Shown: positions 23,141 to 36,488, counted from the first letter of the stretch. The stretch is 64,000 nucleotides of DNA from Phyllosticta citribraziliensis (GCF_038025025.1 NW_027117348.1:1116001-1180000), one strand, 5' to 3'. Notes: generated by a model not told the origin, from the sequence alone. Numbers and translations: made by a program.

Positions 23141-24103
23141 CTAGTCCCGCCTCGTTGCCCTCCGCGGCATCACCCTGCGCTCTGTTGATGCTGGCTCTCC
23201 TGCCTTGACTGACGGTGCTCGCGCCGCGGCGGTTTGTTTCGATCTTGAGCCTTTAGCAGGCAAGGGAGGCGATACTGAAGATGGAGCAGCTCGTTTGCGC
23301 TTCTTACTCTGCGTCGACGCGCTCTCCTCTCGCTCACCCACCACGACACCAGCACCACCCTCACTCCCCAACACCCCCAAAACCCTCGCCACCATCTCGA
23401 CCTCACTCGCCTTAACAACACCCTCCCCCTCGCCCCGCAACCGCCTCAACCCCTCCCCCATCGCCGTCACCAGCTCCTCATACTCCTTGGCGCTATACCT
23501 AACCTTGACGCCCGCCTTCTTCGGCACGAGCAGCAGCAGAGGCGTGTCAAGATGGAACCCCCGCCGCGCCCACACAAACAGCTCATCCGCGAAAAAAGGC
23601 ACCGTGGCGCCGCCGTCGGCGATGGAGAGGAGCAGCGATGCGGTGGCGGGCCCGATCCCGCGGAGACGGGTTAGGCGGGTGAGGGCCGCCATGATGGTGG
23701 GGGTGCGCTCTTTGTTATCAGACTTGGAAGTACGAGGGGAGGCAGAAGCAAGAATCGCAAAGGCCTCGCCCGTCACCCTCCGTACCGTATCTTCATCATT
23801 CGACGCGGCCAGCTTCGGCAGCGCCGCGAAATACGAGCCGTGGTGGATTTTCCACTGCACGAGGCGCACGAGCTCGGGGTGTGTGAGGTAGCCGTGACTG
23901 CTGCCGGCTTCTCCTCCTCCTTCTTCGTCTCTTGCTTCGTCTCCTGGCGGACCTCCTGGCGGAGAGTGCCGGCGCGCGGCTATAAGCCCTGGCGCCGTCG
24001 TGAAGCGGAATTCGCAGTCGCAGTCGCTGGTGCCTGGGCGCGGGCGGTGTTGGTGCGTGGAGGGGTATTTGGCGAGGAGGGCGGCGAAGGAGGGTGTGGT
24101 CAT
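23141..24103 (-). CDS. Uncharacterised protein with a helix-hairpin-helix DNA-glycosylase-like motif
   Basis: LVQWK..G, LTRLRGIGPATASLLLS and VPFFADE; basic KKRKR in the C-terminal tail; intronless 320 aa. Confidence 0.65.
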   Translation of the reverse strand: MTTPSFAALLAKYPSTHQHRPRPGTSDCDCEFRFTTAPGLIAARRHSPPGGPPGDEARDEEGGGEAGSSHGYLTHPELVRLVQWKIHHGSYFAALPKLAASNDEDTVRRVTGEAFAILASASPRTSKSDNKERTPTIMAALTRLTRLRGIGPATASLLLSIADGGATVPFFADELFVWARRGFHLDTPLLLLVPKKAGVKVRYSAKEYEELVTAMGEGLRRLRGEGEGVVKASEVEMVARVLGVLGSEGGAGVVVGEREESASTQSKKRKRAAPSSVSPPLPAKGSRSKQTAAARAPSVKAGEPASTERRVMPRRATRRD

Positions 24104-24777
24104 GATTTTGCTGTGTTGGTGTTTTGATTTTGCGGATGAGGGCGTCTGGCGCGGAATGAATTAAGGAGGGTTTGTTTGGAGTGGTATAGTCGACTTTGGC
24201 TAGAAAGTTTGAGGGGGTGGGGTGGACGGTACATGGGATTGTTGGAGGGAGTTTGGGGATCCTTTTCCTGTGTGAGATCGCAGTCTTGGTGTCGAAGACA
24301 GGGCAAGAAACAAGTTGGACGTGTGCAGGAGATGAAATAAAATACCTTGAGCGTGCAGAGAGCCGAGTGCGTGACAAAACGTAGAAAAGGAAGATGGAGA
24401 ACGAAACCGAGCCTGAATCAAACAAATAGGACGGACCAACCTTCCAGGAAGCAGATGGATCTGCCAAATCGCGTCTCGTGTTTACAAGGTGAAGTGAGGT
24501 TGAAAGTAAAACGACGCGACGACGCATCGAGGTCGCGTCCGGCATCACGTGTCGCAAACCATGCCAGCCTGTCCAGTTTTTCGGTAGTAATAATACTGCC
24601 AACATTATCGAACAATGAAGAGCCTCACCAGTAGCCGCCGCCTCCACGCAAAAATGCAAAAGATCAATCAGACCAAACTCCCGACCAGTCCCAGGGTATC
24701 ATATCACGTGATGGCCGTAGACGTCGTCCGTCCCATAAAGCCAGCCGTTACTCCATGATGCACGCCTCTTGTTCGCC

Positions 24778-26216
24778 CTAAGACTTTTCCTTGATTCGCC
24801 CATTCTTGACCACGCCGACGCTGACTCCTGCCTCTCCTACCATCCATCCCGGCATCCTCTCTCCCTCGACGACGCCGTGTTCGACCAATTGCCTGACTCC
24901 TGCGTGAATGTGCGAGCCTCGTAGCGTGATTGTCATGTCTGGCGTCCACGGCTCTCCCTCGACTTGTCCAGCCGCCTGCGGAAACGGGTCTTCCATTCTA
25001 ACTTGCAGGCTTTCGAGCCCTTTGCCATCGTCGTGACCAGAGGGACCAAAGCGTGCTTCTGCAATCTTTTTTCTGCGCTTTGTCGAGTCGTCCTCTTTGG
25101 CGCCTTGGCCCCGTTTGTTATTGCTGCCCGAGGCGCCGCAATGGCGTCTGCTTTGCTCTGCGCCGGCGGTGGCGTTTCCCGCGAACAAGGACTCGCTGTG
25201 CCTGGGCGCGTCGTAGTCGAAAGAGGCATGACCAAATGAATTCTCGGCGAATATCGACCATCCTGCTGGTGCGGCATTGCTGCGACCAGGTCCACGAAGA
25301 GACAAAAGTGTCGAGAGGTTGCGAGATGAAAGAGATGTGGTGGTGAGGGTGAAGCGATGATGGGGTTTGGAGAGGGCTTTTGGGACGGCCTAGAAGGTCA
25401 GCAGGAACTTTCACAAGGACCACACAGGACTTGACTCACATCGACAACCACCTTTCGTAGACTACGACCTTCGGCACCTACCTTTTGACCCAGATTTGTG
25501 GCTATCGACACGTACACATACGGCGATCCATCTGGGAATACCATGAACAGAGACTTGGAGCCTTCTGGAGAGTTCGAAGTGGGCAGGGGATGGTCGTACG
25601 GCGAGTCTTGAATGTAGACGCGCAGCAGACATATTCCAAACGCCTTGACCCGCGTAATGTAGTAATGAGCCTTGATTACGGGCGCTACTTCTCGTTGTAG
25701 GTTGAGCACAAAAGACGTGGCATGGAATCGGGGCAGGCTTGTCGCAGAACCCTCGTCAATGACCATGACATCATCGTCAGCATTGGCCTTGGCTTTGACT
25801 TTGGATAGTTGAAGCGCATTCCATTGCTGAGAGTTGGGATGGTCCAACAGGTAGCGCGTCTCTGCCATGGCAAGCTGGTAGAGGGTGATTCCGTGTCTCC
25901 AGTCGCCTTCTAGCATGCGGTCAACCACCTCCTTCTTGCCGCCTTTGCGGCCCTTGAGATCCCGATAAATGTCGACAACCTCTTCTATCGAGGCGGCACT
26001 GGTGTAGGGGGCATCTTCGTCATCCTCGTCTTGACGCGCCAGGTGAGGGAGGCAGTAGGAGCGGTTCTTGGAGTTGAGCCATTCTAGGGCCAGCTCGAGC
26101 AGCGATTCGCGGTTGAGGCGGGACAGGGTTTTGGCGACGGATGGGTTCCTGGCAGGTAGGCGCTGGGTGTGCGACAGGGCAGCATTTGTGGGTACGGACA
26201 AGGCCTTGGGCGACAT
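24778..26216 (-). CDS. CHL4: Inner kinetochore protein Chl4/CENP-N
   Basis: LSRLNRESLLELALEWL, DRMLEGDWRHGITLYQLAM, FPDGSPYVY, LRGPGRSNAA.AGWSIFA and GSHIHAGVRQLVE..MPGWMVGE; intron about 25390-25440. Confidence 0.88.
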
Positions 26217-26919
26217 GGCTGGTGTTGATGTTTGGGCGGGGAGACGCGCCTGGGGGAGAGGCCGGCCGTGCGTCGCGAAGTCGAGCGCGCAGATCCAGAA
26301 CGGGCAAGGCGTCGGGGTTAGGGGTTACGGGCATTACGGGGGTGTAACGAGGATTACCAAGCACGTGGGATACAATCGAGGTCCCTCAACTGCCGATGGT
26401 GCCGCTTCCGGTCCCGGTGGAGGGGAGAGAGAGGAGAGACGCCGCCAAAGGTGGGCTGCAGATTCAAAGCCTTCATCGGCCACTCGCTGTGCCACCACAA
26501 GCCCTCTGCATGATCTTTGCTTTGACCCTCGCCTTTGTCGCCGTGGAGATCTCGACAATATCAAACTCGTCTTTCACGCGGTGGGCCACGATTGACGGCT
26601 TCACCCTAAAACGTTAGAACACTGCACGCTCCACTCGCCGCCGCGCCCACTTCAGGTTCCCGCTACCGGCACACCACCCGACTCTCTCCTCAACGACGAC
26701 ATTGCCTCCAAAATCCTCCGGACCACCATCCACCTCTGATGCTGTGACGCCGACCCGTCGACGCCCCGCGCCGCCCTTTGCAACTCTGCCGATTACTCAG
26801 CGCCGCCCTCGACGTCCAAAAGGGCCTCTCCCGCTTGGACGTCGACTCGCTCTCCACCAGACGACACCCCATCACCACTGCGCCCGCACTGGACTTTGAA
26901 TCGACCTCGACCCATCGCC

Positions 26920-28203
26920 ATGTCTGGCTACGGCGATCGCAAGACCCCCGGCGCCTCGGTCCTGCAGGGTCTCAACACGTTTCCATCGCCCAAGGACATG
27001 GCCGCCGAGAACAACAACCTCAACTTTGACGAGGACCTGTCCCTCTTCACCAACACGGAATTCTTCGACTTTGACCTTGGCACCGAAATCACGTCGGTCG
27101 CACAGCAGCCCCAGCCGCCCGTCGACGCCGTGCCCGACAACCGCGGTGCGCGCCGCCAGAGCACCATGTCTTTCCAGCCGCCCGCCGTCCAGCCGAAACC
27201 AGTCGACTTCAACTTCAATGGTGAGTTTTCTTTTCCTTGCCCCTCGCCGACAAGCCCCGCGACGGGCCCATGGGCAGGCCCGTCGAAATTTCCCTGCAGC
27301 CGACCCTGCGCGGCTTTAACTGCGGCGTTGGAGCGATTGGCATGGTTGATCGTTCTCCGCACGAAGCCGCCATTCTCGCATCGCATTGCACCATCGTCCA
27401 TTTCCGCGTCGGTGGTTCCGCTGCCAGCTTAGGGTTAAGCTCGCCGTGCAACGCACCTATTAGGGCGCCGTTTGTGGGTGGGATGCGAGATCCCGGTCCA
27501 TGTCTTTGCTGAGCTGCCTCTGCCGAAGCACGCCATCACTCGTGATCCATCCCGGTAGCTCGAGCCAGCCGTCGACCATCACAACCATATTTCATGACGT
27601 TCTCAAGTCTTTTGTTTGCGGAATATCATTCTAATGGGTTACTATCAAGGCGACTTCCAATCCCTCGACTTTTCGAGCTTCCCCGTCGGCGGCCTGCCCG
27701 ACCCCAACTTTGCTCACCAGCCAAACCCGTACCCGATCCAGCAGCACAATGGCACCGCGAGCTCGTCCCCGCTGTCCGCGCCCTCTCCCGTCAACGCCAA
27801 AGTAGGCGACAAGCGCAAGATTGACTCCATTCACACGCCGACCGCCGGTCACAACTCCAACTCGATCGAAGAGCTGTCCCGCATGGCTGCCGAGGAGGAC
27901 AAGCGCCGCCGCAATACCGCCGCGTCGGCCCGCTTCCGCATCAAGAAGAAGCAGCGCGAGCAACAACTCGAAAAGACGGCCAAGGAAATGACCGACAAGG
28001 TCTCGTCCCTCGAATCTCGCATTGCGCAGCTCGAAATGGAAAACAAGTGGCTCAAGGGCCTCATCACCGAAAAGAATGACGGCAAAAACGCATCCGACCT
28101 GACCGAACTCTACCGCAAGGTCTTTGTCAACAAGGACAACAAGGACGACCGGAGTAAGGGCGACAACAAAGACGGTGTGGGCACCACCGCCGGCAAGGAC
28201 TAA
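26920..28203 (+). CDS. metR: bZIP sulfur-metabolism regulator MetR/CYS-3
   Basis: DLSLFTNTEFFDFD N-terminal motif; bZIP AAEEDKRRRNTAASARFRIKKKQREQ..LEMENKWLKGLITEK; single 429-nt intron 27221-27649. Confidence 0.92.
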
Positions 28204-29644
28204 ATGGAATCGACAACTTGTTTGGTTTCTTTGGCCTGGAGTTGCTGCTTTTCTTCACTTTGCTTTTGCTTTGCGAATCTTTCCGGGGTGGATACATGTC
28301 GATTTACAGCCTCATGGGACGCGGGAGGGAGACAAGACAAAGACGACTTTTACGACACCAACAGGGAGAGTGAGAGCCTGGCCGCACCTGTTTGGTCTCC
28401 ACAGTGGCAAACCCCACACCCCATTACCTACCCCTTTTATTCTTCTACATAGACGACACATACGTTTGCAGACTGGTGTGCTTTCTGGCTGGCTGGGCCA
28501 TTTCTTCGCGTCGTCCTCTTCGTCTCTGAACAAAGATCAAGTGGTGAGGAACCTGCGTTCCACTCACTGCCGAGAGATCTAGAATCGAGACGGAGCCAGT
28601 GGTCCGCCCCCAGAAGGATTGGGTAAATTTTTTCTCTTCCTCTCCCATCCTTCCAGCCAGCAATAAGCCGCCGCACAAAGCCCGATTCGGGATGCTGCAA
28701 GCGAAATGGGGGTGGGAGCGAGTGGACACGGAGGGCCAGCACGCATTGTACGGCGCGTGGGGCGCCGGGCTTCTCTAGATCTACCTACACGAAAACGACA
28801 CACGACCGTATACCCAACCAATTCAGTAGTTTTGATTTCTAATCCGCAATGTCGTGTCTCACGCCCTGCGGCGGTGTCTTTTGCGCATGTCAAGACGACG
28901 ACGAGCGCGAGTGATGCTTTCGATCTTGCCTACACGTTCGATCTGGATGGCGCCGAATGGAGACACTGACGGCTGCTGCGGTGCTGCATGAGGCGTGTGC
29001 GGCGCGAAGGACGGAGATGAAGAAAGCTTGCTTGCTTGCTTGCGCTGCTCGCTGGCGGGTAGCGGCGGCCATCGTGTGTGTTGATGCTGGTGGGTGGTGG
29101 GTGCATGTGCCCGGCCTGCCTGGGTGGAGGTGCCTCGATCACGTCATTTACGGTATGACGCCAGGACGCCGAGGCGCTCGGGAAGACAGGGAAGGTGGGC
29201 GGCTGCGGGGGATTGATTCTTTGATGCATACCCGGATACAGATCTTTCTGCGTGCGTGCCAGGCGCGAGAAGTCAGTGATGCTGTGTCAGAAGAGATGAT
29301 GGTGTTGCTGGATACGGCAGGTAGACAGGTACACAGTTCAGAGCGTGCAGAGAGAAAACGATAGATGGAGAGAGCGGTAGTAGAGTCATCGTCGCAACTG
29401 TCTGAATGCCACAAGTCATTTGAAGTGGATAGTCGGCGCGAAGGAGAGGCCGTTGGTGGTGTACTGCATAGTTACTCAAGGCAGCCAGATGCAGCACACA
29501 CATATTGCTGATCAGGCAGCTCAAGACACCACTATCTCTCATTTACTAGTCAGTATGTGTCGACCTGACTTTCTCTGGCAACTCCTCACTTTCCCTCCCT
29601 CTCTCTACCCACTCCCCCCTTACCTCGAAACCACCCCTCTCCTG

Positions 29645-29679
29645 CTCTCCTCTCCTCTCCTCTCCTCTCCCTCTCCCTC
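29645..29679. repeat. Pyrimidine-rich (CTCTC)n simple repeat
   Basis: ctctcctctcctctcctctcctctccctctccctc. Confidence 0.7.
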
Positions 29680-31639
29680 ACCTTCTTCCTCCATCTGCCA
29701 GCCCAGCCCAGCACACCTCAGCCCCAGACAACACCCAAAAAGCAATACCACGCGCCGCAGCCGCCGCCAATCAGCACGCCACTCACCGCCCGTCCCCAGC
29801 CATGGTCGCGTGCCCAACTCCGAGTCAGCTCAACGAGGTAAAAAAGCAGAAAAAGAAAAGAGCGATTAAAACACCACGCAGGGAAGCACGAAGCCAGACA
29901 CGGAGGCCAGTCGTCTGACAGCGTGACCGCGAGGAATGTATGTATGTAGGTGTGTACGCGGCTGGCGAGGGCAGAGCAGCGCGGAAGGTAAGGCGAGGCA
30001 GGCGAGCGCCGCTGCGCGTGCAGCCGGGTGGTGCCGGAATGCCGATATTGTCGGTTTGGCCCTTGTTGTTGCTGTCGCTTTTCTTGCTTCAGTTGCATAG
30101 ACGTTAGGTAATGGGATGTCTGTTCGCTCGGTTGGTGGTGAACAGGCGGGCAGATGGGGCAGTGGGTGGGCGTGTGGCGTTGAGCTGCATTGTAGGTAGA
30201 GTGGTGCAGCTGTGGGAATGTGCTGGAGGCGGCGCTGAGAAGGGCTTCTCCTCGGGCTTGGTCTGGTCACATACTGTGGTGGTACTCTAGGAATGGTACG
30301 TCTCGATGCCGTTGGTTGATTGGTTACGCATTGCAGTACTCCTCGATGCCCCCTGGGTTGTCGTCGGCATGGTCGTCGGAAGTGATAGAAAAAACGCATG
30401 GCGGAAAGGCAAAGGCGGCAGCGCTGCTCGTTCGCCTTCCTGCATGCTCCCCATACTTTCCCTCTCTAGTCCCTTGTCTGCCATAGAAAGCGGCCTCGCA
30501 TGTTCCATAAGCCTAAAGTGCCCCATTGAACGAGTCACCAGTCCCCAAGCTCCACGATCCGCAGCGAGCACAGCAGCAAAGCCAGAAAGTAAAAAGACCA
30601 GACCAAACCAGACTTGACTTGACAATACCAGCGCCGCCAGAGACGCGGGAGTTTCCAGTGGCGGTGGCAATGGCGTGGCACAAAGAGGGAGAAAGACATT
30701 ACGACGCGGAGTCGGAAAGGGCGTTTCTAGAATGGCAAGTTGACTGCTGATGGGATCGAAGAGAAGGGGCTTTGTTTGGCTAGGTTTCTTTCACCGGCGC
30801 CACGATGAGCTGTGGCGCCGCGCCCACGTGGGGTTGGCGTGCTACAGAGACGCCAGACGGACGGTGGTGTTGGGACGAGAATCGACGCATGGAAATATCG
30901 GACAAGGCGTAAAGTTCTGGCGGGGAGTGTGTGAGTGTCTTGTGGAGGCAAAGTATCTCTTGTGGTTTTTGTTTCGAGAACCTGTCACGCTACGCATCAG
31001 TAAGTCACACAGGCAAGTCGTTCTTTAATCTGTATGATTCGAAGCGGGTTTTGGAGAGACTTCTGTCATGTGTATCGAAATGATCTTTGCAAAGCTCCAC
31101 CCCTCGACGCAATCAATGTCCTGTCTCCTGGTATTTCTCGGACACAGTTTGTTCCTACGCAGTGCCTGGCCGCAGCTTCAGCTGATAATACGTCGGCGAG
31201 AGCACAAGGTCTAGGCGAGGCGTCCTGCCTTCCTGTTTCAATGGAACTTCCTCCACCAAAAACCAAGTCTTTGATCGGGCTCGGCTAGACCTTGGAACCG
31301 GCGCGAAGTACAGCTCGGATTGTACCTTGAGATTGCAAGACGCATCGAGATGAATCAAATAGACTCTGGCCTGGTCTCGACCGTAGGCAGTGTAAGGCAA
31401 AATGCCGTTGTCCACTACCATTGATTCTGCAAGAATTGGATCAGAGCGTTCCGGGTCCTTTCCGTATGACAGTCTCTCCAAATCCTAGGCATGCAATGTC
31501 CGGTCGATCAAATCAGCGTCGATGTTTAATACAGCCGTATGGATGTAGTCGGGCGAACACTTTGGGCTTGGAATGTCCCGACGCCTGTCGAGCGCTCCTG
31601 GTGGTTTGGCAGGTCTTTGCGATGGCTTCGAGAGTCTCT

Positions 31640-32105
31640 TCATTCTCCAGTGTTGCTCGAGCTTGTTTGTTGCAAGATAGAACCGGCCTGCTGGGTGGGG
31701 ATGCGGACGAGTGTTTGTGGGAGCGGCACGTCTTCCTGCTCGTCTTGTTCCTCTTCTTTCGGCTGGGGTATTTTGGCTACAAGTGTCAGCTTGACCAGGA
31801 AGCCGTTCATCTCAAATCTCACCTGAAGCCATGCTTATCGCGCGCAAAACGTTGTGCCAATTCGAAAGCACCGCGGCGACTGCTTCGGTGCCGTCCGACA
31901 AAGTTGCCAGCTTTTGTTCCAGCTGCTCCATCTGATCTGCCAGACCTGCACTCAGAGCCTTGAGGTCTTTCAGGTTTGCGAGCTCCCGTTTCTTTTCTTC
32001 GATGCGCGCAAGGAGGACGGGTGATGCGCTTTGAGCGGGTGCGCCTATCGATTTGTTGCGGAGATGTGACGCGAGCGGACCGGAAAGAGTCTGGCGTTTG
32101 TCCAT
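31640..32105 (-). CDS. DAD2: DASH/Dam1 complex subunit Dad2
   Basis: RIEEKKRELANL..LSDGTEAVAAVLSNWHNVLRAISMAS, then an intron and PLPQTLVRIP. Confidence 0.92.
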
Positions 32106-32393
32106 GATGAAGGATCGGAACGGTATCGAGGCGACGGATGGAGACTTGTGGTGGTTTCGCTAATGTATGCTAAGGCGTCGGGGTGATGGTGGGGGAGGTC
32201 GAGTTTTGGGGTAAAGCCCGCACGCGGCAAGGAACGTGCTTTCGTTTGTTTACTTTCCTCAACTTTTGGAGCTCCAACCACTTGCTCTCCATCCCTCCGA
32301 TCCGGCAACCACAACCATTGCATCGCGGGCCTCCGAGCTCTTCTCCATCGCTTTATTTCTGCATCAGATTTCGCAGCATCTCATATACACCGC

Positions 32394-34697
32394 ATGGCAC
32401 GGCTCAACGAAGCCCCACCGCCCGCGGAGTCGGTTGAGTCTTGTATGTTTACACAGCATCCGCCCGTCCGACAACCTCTGACAATGACTCCAGTAAAGCG
32501 CCGCTTCATCAGACAAAATCGCGAGCTCGCCAAGTACTTGCCCCGTTGAACGTTCCTCATCGCGAGACTTATCCGTTTGTAGGACCAATTCCAACCAGTC
32601 CGTCCGCATACGATCCCTGGAGAATGAACAGGCCAGGATCCTCCACGAGAACTTTCTGCTGCACGAAGAGGTCATACGGTTGCAATCAGAGCTGGAAAGG
32701 ACGCGTGGTGACAATGCATTGAGACACGTCAATGTCGTCAAGGACAAGCTGGACGCAAAGGTGCTGGAAATCAGCGGATTGATTGCCGAGTTGAACGCCA
32801 TCAAAAATCCCGCGAGGCCATCGAATTCGGAGCCGAGCCAAGCGACGACGGACATTTTCGAATGGAAGCGTGCAATGCGGACACAGGCCAAGGAGGAACA
32901 GGTGGAGGATCTCCCAACAATCCAGGAAGACAAGCACTATCCGCGACGGACGCTCAAGTGCGTACTCCACGTGAAGCGATGAGAACGTGCTGATATTGGT
33001 ACAGTGCGGAGGAAATCCAGGCCGTAATCGCAGGCGCAGCAGAAGATTCACCAGACCTGGGTCCACCGCCAGTGGCGCACTTCCAGGAAGAAGACCCAAT
33101 CAAGTTTGACCCGCTACCTGTGACGGAGGAGTCGGAACCACAAAAGGCCGAAGAGACTGAGCTCCCCATCACTTCGACCGTCAATCTCGAAAAAAGGAGA
33201 CGGCGCAGGGATTCCGCAAAGCTGGACTTGCGCAAAATCTCCGTCTTCCAGGTACCCGAGGAAGAGGCAGAAAATGCCAAAAAGAGCGAGGATGAGGATC
33301 AGGCTATGCGCACAGGTACCAAACGCAAGCTGAGCCTTACCACTGAAGATTTGCAGTCTGAAGATGCAAATATTGACGTGCGTGAAGATTTCCGTGTGAG
33401 TCGACGTGGAGCTTCTGGTCGGAACGCAGAGAAGAGCAGCAGTCTTCAGCCACTTGATGTCAAGCAAAACAGCAAGCTCGACATGCTGGTTGCGGCGGAA
33501 CGGAAAGCTTTGGGTGACAGTATGATTCACTTCATCACTACTATTCTGTTGCTAACACCTTTAGAAACGAACACCTCGCCCAAGAAGGTCATGAGATCTT
33601 CGGTTGAGGACAAGCCCGAAGGCAAAAAGCCCTCCGCAGTGGGCAAAGATTCAAGCCGCAGCCGCGTCAGAGACCGTCGCACCAAATCCTCGCAAATCGT
33701 CCACATTGCTCCATCCGAGCCGGAAGAGGTGGTTGAAACGAAAGATGTCGTGATATTAGAGGACGCGCATCCTGTGGAACATCACCCAAAGACGCCGGCA
33801 GGACTCGACCTCTTTTCGCCAATCTCCAACGAGCCGTCTGAGAAGAGGGAAACCAAAGACACACCGCCTCCTACTGACCTTCTTTCCGGTGGTCTCGAAT
33901 CCCAGACCAGTCGTCCATCCCGTCGCGCTCGTCCTCAGATCAATTACGCAGAGCCCAACTTGATCAGTAAAATGCGTCGTTCTGACAAGAAGCTGGCAGA
34001 TGCTGTAGTCGACGGCCGGCGTTCCTCCAGCGCATCCAAAGAGGAGGACAAGTCGGCACCCAGCTCATCGACTGCAATGAGGACAGTCGTCGTCAAAAAG
34101 GAGAGGGAAAGTGGAGGGTCTGGGTTCAAGTCTCATTCTGCTGAGAATCAGCCTGAACCTGCAAGTCCGTTGGGAGACAAGATGGCAGCTTATGAGATCC
34201 AAGCTCAAAACAACGCGGCGCCCGCTCCGGAGCCGGTAAAGAGTGTCCATTTTGACGACAGAGTATCGTCTGCTCGAGAATCTGGATCCGCCTCGACAAG
34301 CACGACTCGCAAACGTACAGCCAAGCACCAAGCTCCTCTTGACCTGGAGAAAGACTCTGGTAAAGATCTTCAGCAAGAGTTGGCCGTCTTTGACATTACT
34401 CAGTCTTCGCCGAACGATCAAGGACAGAGCAGCGAGGAAATCATGAAGAGCAGTAGAGAGCTTGCCAAAAAGACCAGCCGTCGCCACTCTACCATGACCG
34501 ACATGCCGACTAGGACGAGGGACAAGGAAGAGAATGCCCCAAAACCCAAGGGTGACCAGGCTGGCGAAGAAGGCAAGAAGAAGGTGATTCGAGAGCTCAA
34601 ACAGGGTAGGGCGAGCACGAGGACCAGCGAAGCACCGGCTGGAGAGACTTCGAGGACGAGCAAGGACTCCTCTCGACGACGAAGTATGATGGTATGA
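32394..34697 (+). CDS. SGO1: Shugoshin
   Basis: N-terminal MARLNE..|KRRFIRQNRELAK|NSNQSVRIRSLENE coiled coil; C-terminal SGO motif RPSRRARPQINYAEPNLISKMRR; four short introns. Confidence 0.9.
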
Positions 34698-35186
34698 TTG
34701 GGATTCAGTGAGGCGTTGCGAGAGGGCTTGGACGATGCGTGGGTGGCCAAAGTACATGGTACTTTACTTGGGCCTTTGACAAATTGGCCAAAGGAGACGA
34801 ATTTCTCATTACTTGTTCAGATAGTCAAAATCCATGGCTGAGTTAGGTCACGGCTTGGGATTCCGCCTGCCAAATGAAGTTTGAGATGCTGCGTATCGTG
34901 ATCGGAAAATGATTCTTTGAAGTGCACACTGCTTGTCGATTGGTCAATGCCTTGTGCGCTCTGATGGCCAGATATCTATTTCCTAAAACGGTTAGCGTCA
35001 CGGCCGTCACAAAATCTCCAGATCTGAACGACATGGATCAACATCCTCAGCCCAATCCCAATGCTCCACCGTCGAGCCCTGAGTCATCTGAGCAGGTCGA
35101 TAATCCAGCCCCGGATTCTCTCCACGCAACCACAGTCTCCCATTCTCTCCAAATTTTCCTACTCCGTCTTCAGTCGCAGCAACCTC

Positions 35187-36351
35187 ATGTCAGACTCCAC
35201 CCCACCGAGCGCCGCGGCTGCGCAGGGACAAGCTGCTCCAGAAGCCATCACGGAAGCTCCAAATGGCACAACGACAAAAAAGCTGCGCTACGTCGATGTC
35301 TGTTCAGTTCTCACCACGTTACGGCAACCATGCTGACAGACACCAGATCGGCATCAACCTGGGCGACCCCATCTTCCGAGGCGTCTACCACGGCAAGCAA
35401 GCGCACGAAGACGACTTTGAAGGCGTTGTGCAGCGCGCCATCGACGCGGGCTGCGCCAAAATGATGGTGACGGGCTCCGACCTGCGCGAATCGCAGCACG
35501 CGGTGCAAATCGCGCGCGAGCACCCGGGGCTCTGCTACGCGACGGTGGGCGTGCACCCATGCTCGGCCAAGCAGTTCGACGAGCACGCCGGCGGCCCGGA
35601 CGCGTTGCTGGCGGAGCTGCGCGCGCTGGCGACGGCGGCGAGGGACGAGGGCGTGGCCGTGGCGTTTGGCGAGATCGGGCTCGACTACGACCGGCTGTTC
35701 CTCACGGCCAAGGAGCCGCAGCTGCGCTACTTTGAGAGGCAGTTGGATTTGGCCGTGGAGCTGGGGTTGCCGCTGTTTTTGCATTCGCGGGCTGCGGCGG
35801 AGGATTTTGAGCGCTTGTTGCAGCCCAGGCTGGAGAAGCTGCCGCGGAGGGGCCTGGTGCATTCTTTTACGGGGACCGTGGAAGAGATGCGCCGGCTTGT
35901 TGCGTTGGGCTTGGATGTGGGCGTGAACGGGTGCAGCTTGAAGACGGAGGAGAATGTGCAGGTCGTCAAGGAGATTCCGCTCGAGCGGCTGCAGATTGAG
36001 ACGGACGGGCCATGGGTAAGCATCATTCAGATATTTGATGCCGCTGCTGACCCTATCCAGTGTGAGATGCGCCCTTCGCATGCTTCGGCACAGTTCTTGA
36101 AAGATGCTCCGCCCGTGCCCAAGGCAGTCAAGAAGGAGAGATGGGCGCCGGGCTGCATGGTCAAGGGACGAAATGAGCCCGCGACTATACCTCTCGTCGC
36201 TCACGTCATTGCGCGCATCAAGGAGATTCCAGTAGAGGAAGTTTGTGAAGCGTAAGTGAAAGCCATGTTTAGCGCCGAAATCTTGCTGACAACATCTAGG
36301 GCATGGAACAACTCGATCAAAATGTTTGGTTTGGGAGAGAAGCTGGATTGA
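35187..36351 (+). CDS. tatD: TatD-family nuclease
   Basis: YVD|IGINLGD, TVGVHP, FGEIGLDYDR, LPLFLHSR, VHSFTG, ETDGPW and KGRNEP; three introns. Confidence 0.93.
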
Positions 36352-36488
36352 TTGCTTTCAAAGACTACAGAGCTTTAAGATCCGTAGAACAGAACAGGTA
36401 CTGGGTAAGAACAGTTGCATTGGGCTGACATCCCTCGCTACCGCTCAAAACCAACGGCAGCAAAAAGAAAGGGCAAAAGCACTCCGGT

